This document shows, in pieces, positions 62,675 through 64,000 of a stretch of DNA of 64,000 nucleotides (within the stretch, counting starts at the first letter, position 1; every line of letters begins with the position of its first letter). Made by a program: the position numbers and the translations under genes. The DNA is from an uncultured Rivularia sp. GTDB lineage: Bacteria > Cyanobacteriota > Cyanobacteriia > Cyanobacteriales > Nostocaceae. The notes beneath the pieces were generated by a model that saw nothing but the letters and a program-made list of their open reading frames with translations, was not told where the DNA came from and searched no databases. The stretch covers positions 1,440,001 through 1,504,000 of the forward strand of contig OY762007.1 of the NCBI GenBank assembly GCA_963665115.1, read 5' to 3'.

Positions 62675-63180
62675 CTAGTAGTCCTTTTCATTAGTTCCGA
62701 TGGGTTGTAGAGACGTTATACATAACGTCTCCCGAAGGTTACGGGAAAAACGAACCCTTCATAATTTATGCAATCGACTACTAGTAGTACTCCGCCACAT
62801 TAATTATGATAGGTTCGTAGTTGCGCTTTAGCGCCAAATATTTAGGGCTAAAACCCTTATGTACAAACAATAATTTATCCATCAAAATTAATGTGGTGGA
62901 AGGGTTCCGGGAGTGCGAGCATCTTGCTCGCTGGTTGTCACGAGGGAGCGAGACGCTCCCACCACATTAATTTTGCGGGGTGAACATCAATTTTATTTGA
63001 AATCGAATAATTCTCTTTATTCTCTTCTTCCGCGCTCTCTGCGGTTTTTTTAACGTTGAAAACCCATCAAAACTAATGAAATGAACTACTAATAGTCGAT
63101 TGTACAAATTCTGAATGGTTTGTTTTCCCGGAAACCGTCGGGAGACGTAGCACTGCTACGTCTCTACAACCCGTCGGAAT
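62675..63180. repeat. Intergenic patchwork of dispersed palindromic repeats
   Basis: GTAGAGACG..CGTCTC; GGTTCGTAGTTGCGCTTTAGCGCC (inverted copy at 32440-32490); GCGAGCATCTTGCTCGC; GGGAGCGAGACGCTCCC. Confidence 0.7.
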
Positions 63181-63195
63181 TAATGGAAAATACCA

Positions 63196-64000
63196 CTACT
63201 TACACTCGCGACTCAAAATTAACTCTCCCGAAGCCAGTTGATAAACTCCTTGAGGTTCAATAATTGGCTCTCCTTTTTTCCACTCAGAAGATTGATTGTC
63301 CTCTGATACATTTCGCACATCGCCAGTGGAATACTTGGAAATAAATCCATCTCCCGGACTGTTGCGTAAAGCACCGGCACCCGTAATTATAAAAGAGTTT
63401 TCTTGTCGCTTCGTGCCACGTGAAATGCAGCTATTAGCAATCAAAGCGTTAGTGTCAATTTGACTGTCGGGTAAGTCTGTCAACTCATCGTCAATAAACG
63501 TAACATCTGGGACTCCGGTAACTGCTCCGTTGACTGTACCGGATGCGTTCACATCAACGCGGCTGTTGTTGTTGAGGGCTTGAAGCGTTGTCGCATTGGC
63601 AGTTGGGGAACTGGGACGATACAGGGGTGTACTAAAGAAACCTTCTGTATTGAAGGTGATATCGCCACCTTTACCATCGCGAGCGAATGAGAGAATATCG
63701 CTGTCGTCAACAGCTACGATGGTATTGGCTGTGAGGTTGATATTTCCTCCTCCACCTGTTCCGTTGAAGACGTTGGTGCGGATATCGCTGTCGTCGAAAA
63801 GGCGGATGTCTTTAGCGGTGATGTTGATAGCACCACCGGAAGATTGTTCGGAGGTGGTTGATATTGTGCTGTTAGTAGCTGTTAAATTATCGCGGACATT
63901 TATAGAAATATTCCCTCTATTTTTGTCGGAACCGACTGATGTAGCTGTTGTGATACTTCCTTTATCAAGCGTGACGGAACTAGCATCAATACTCAAATTT
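63196..64000 (-). CDS. TpsA / filamentous haemagglutinin-like exoprotein, C-terminal part (gene extends beyond the window)
   Basis: IDTNALIANSCISRGTKRQENSF...WKKGEPIIEPQG...LSREC, shared with the other TpsA genes. Confidence 0.9.
   Translation of the reverse strand, partial: NLSIDASSVTLDKGSITTATSVGSDKNRGNISINVRDNLTATNSTISTTSEQSSGGAINITAKDIRLFDDSDIRTNVFNGTGGGGNINLTANTIVAVDDSDILSFARDGKGGDITFNTEGFFSTPLYRPSSPTANATTLQALNNNSRVDVNASGTVNGAVTGVPDVTFIDDELTDLPDSQIDTNALIANSCISRGTKRQENSFIITGAGALRNSPGDGFISKYSTGDVRNVSEDNQSSEWKKGEPIIEPQGVYQLASGELILSRECK

Overview
AT-rich chromosomal window from a filamentous cyanobacterium (many HIP1 GCGATCGC sites and STRR short tandem repeats; Nostocales-like by inference). 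It has four blocks. (1) 1-7.1 kb: aspartoacylase end, PG-binding and HEAT proteins, a DOPA 4,5-dioxygenase, a GST and an orphan VioB/RebD/StaD-family enzyme. (2) 7.2-20.4 kb: a type III-D CRISPR-Cas locus with Cas6 fused to a C-terminal HTH, an HD-less GGDD-intact Cas10, four Cas7 RAMPs, Csx10, Csx19 and Cas11. Two convergent arrays share homologous leaders. There is no cas1/cas2 and no CARF/SAVED effector, but there is a single-pass membrane candidate effector, an extra Cas11-like/OB-fold gene, and a solitary degenerate CRISPR repeat just upstream of cas6. (3) 21.8-40.9 kb: a furanolide (cyanobacterin-type) biosynthetic cluster: DAHP synthase, ammonia-lyase, CoA ligase, ThDP enzyme and FabH-like synthase, with unusual additions (a Coq4-family protein, two paralogous secreted proteins, TyrA) and two exporters. 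(4) 41-64 kb: a two-partner secretion region with four TpsA/FHA-like genes, TpsB, an M10 RTX protease and a secreted TPR-CHAT protease, plus a repeat-flanked decayed HicAB-like cassette and a shared TGCA promoter motif. Seven genes carry single-base insertions in short homopolymers, most likely sequencing/assembly errors. All family assignments are from motif recognition; no database searches were run.
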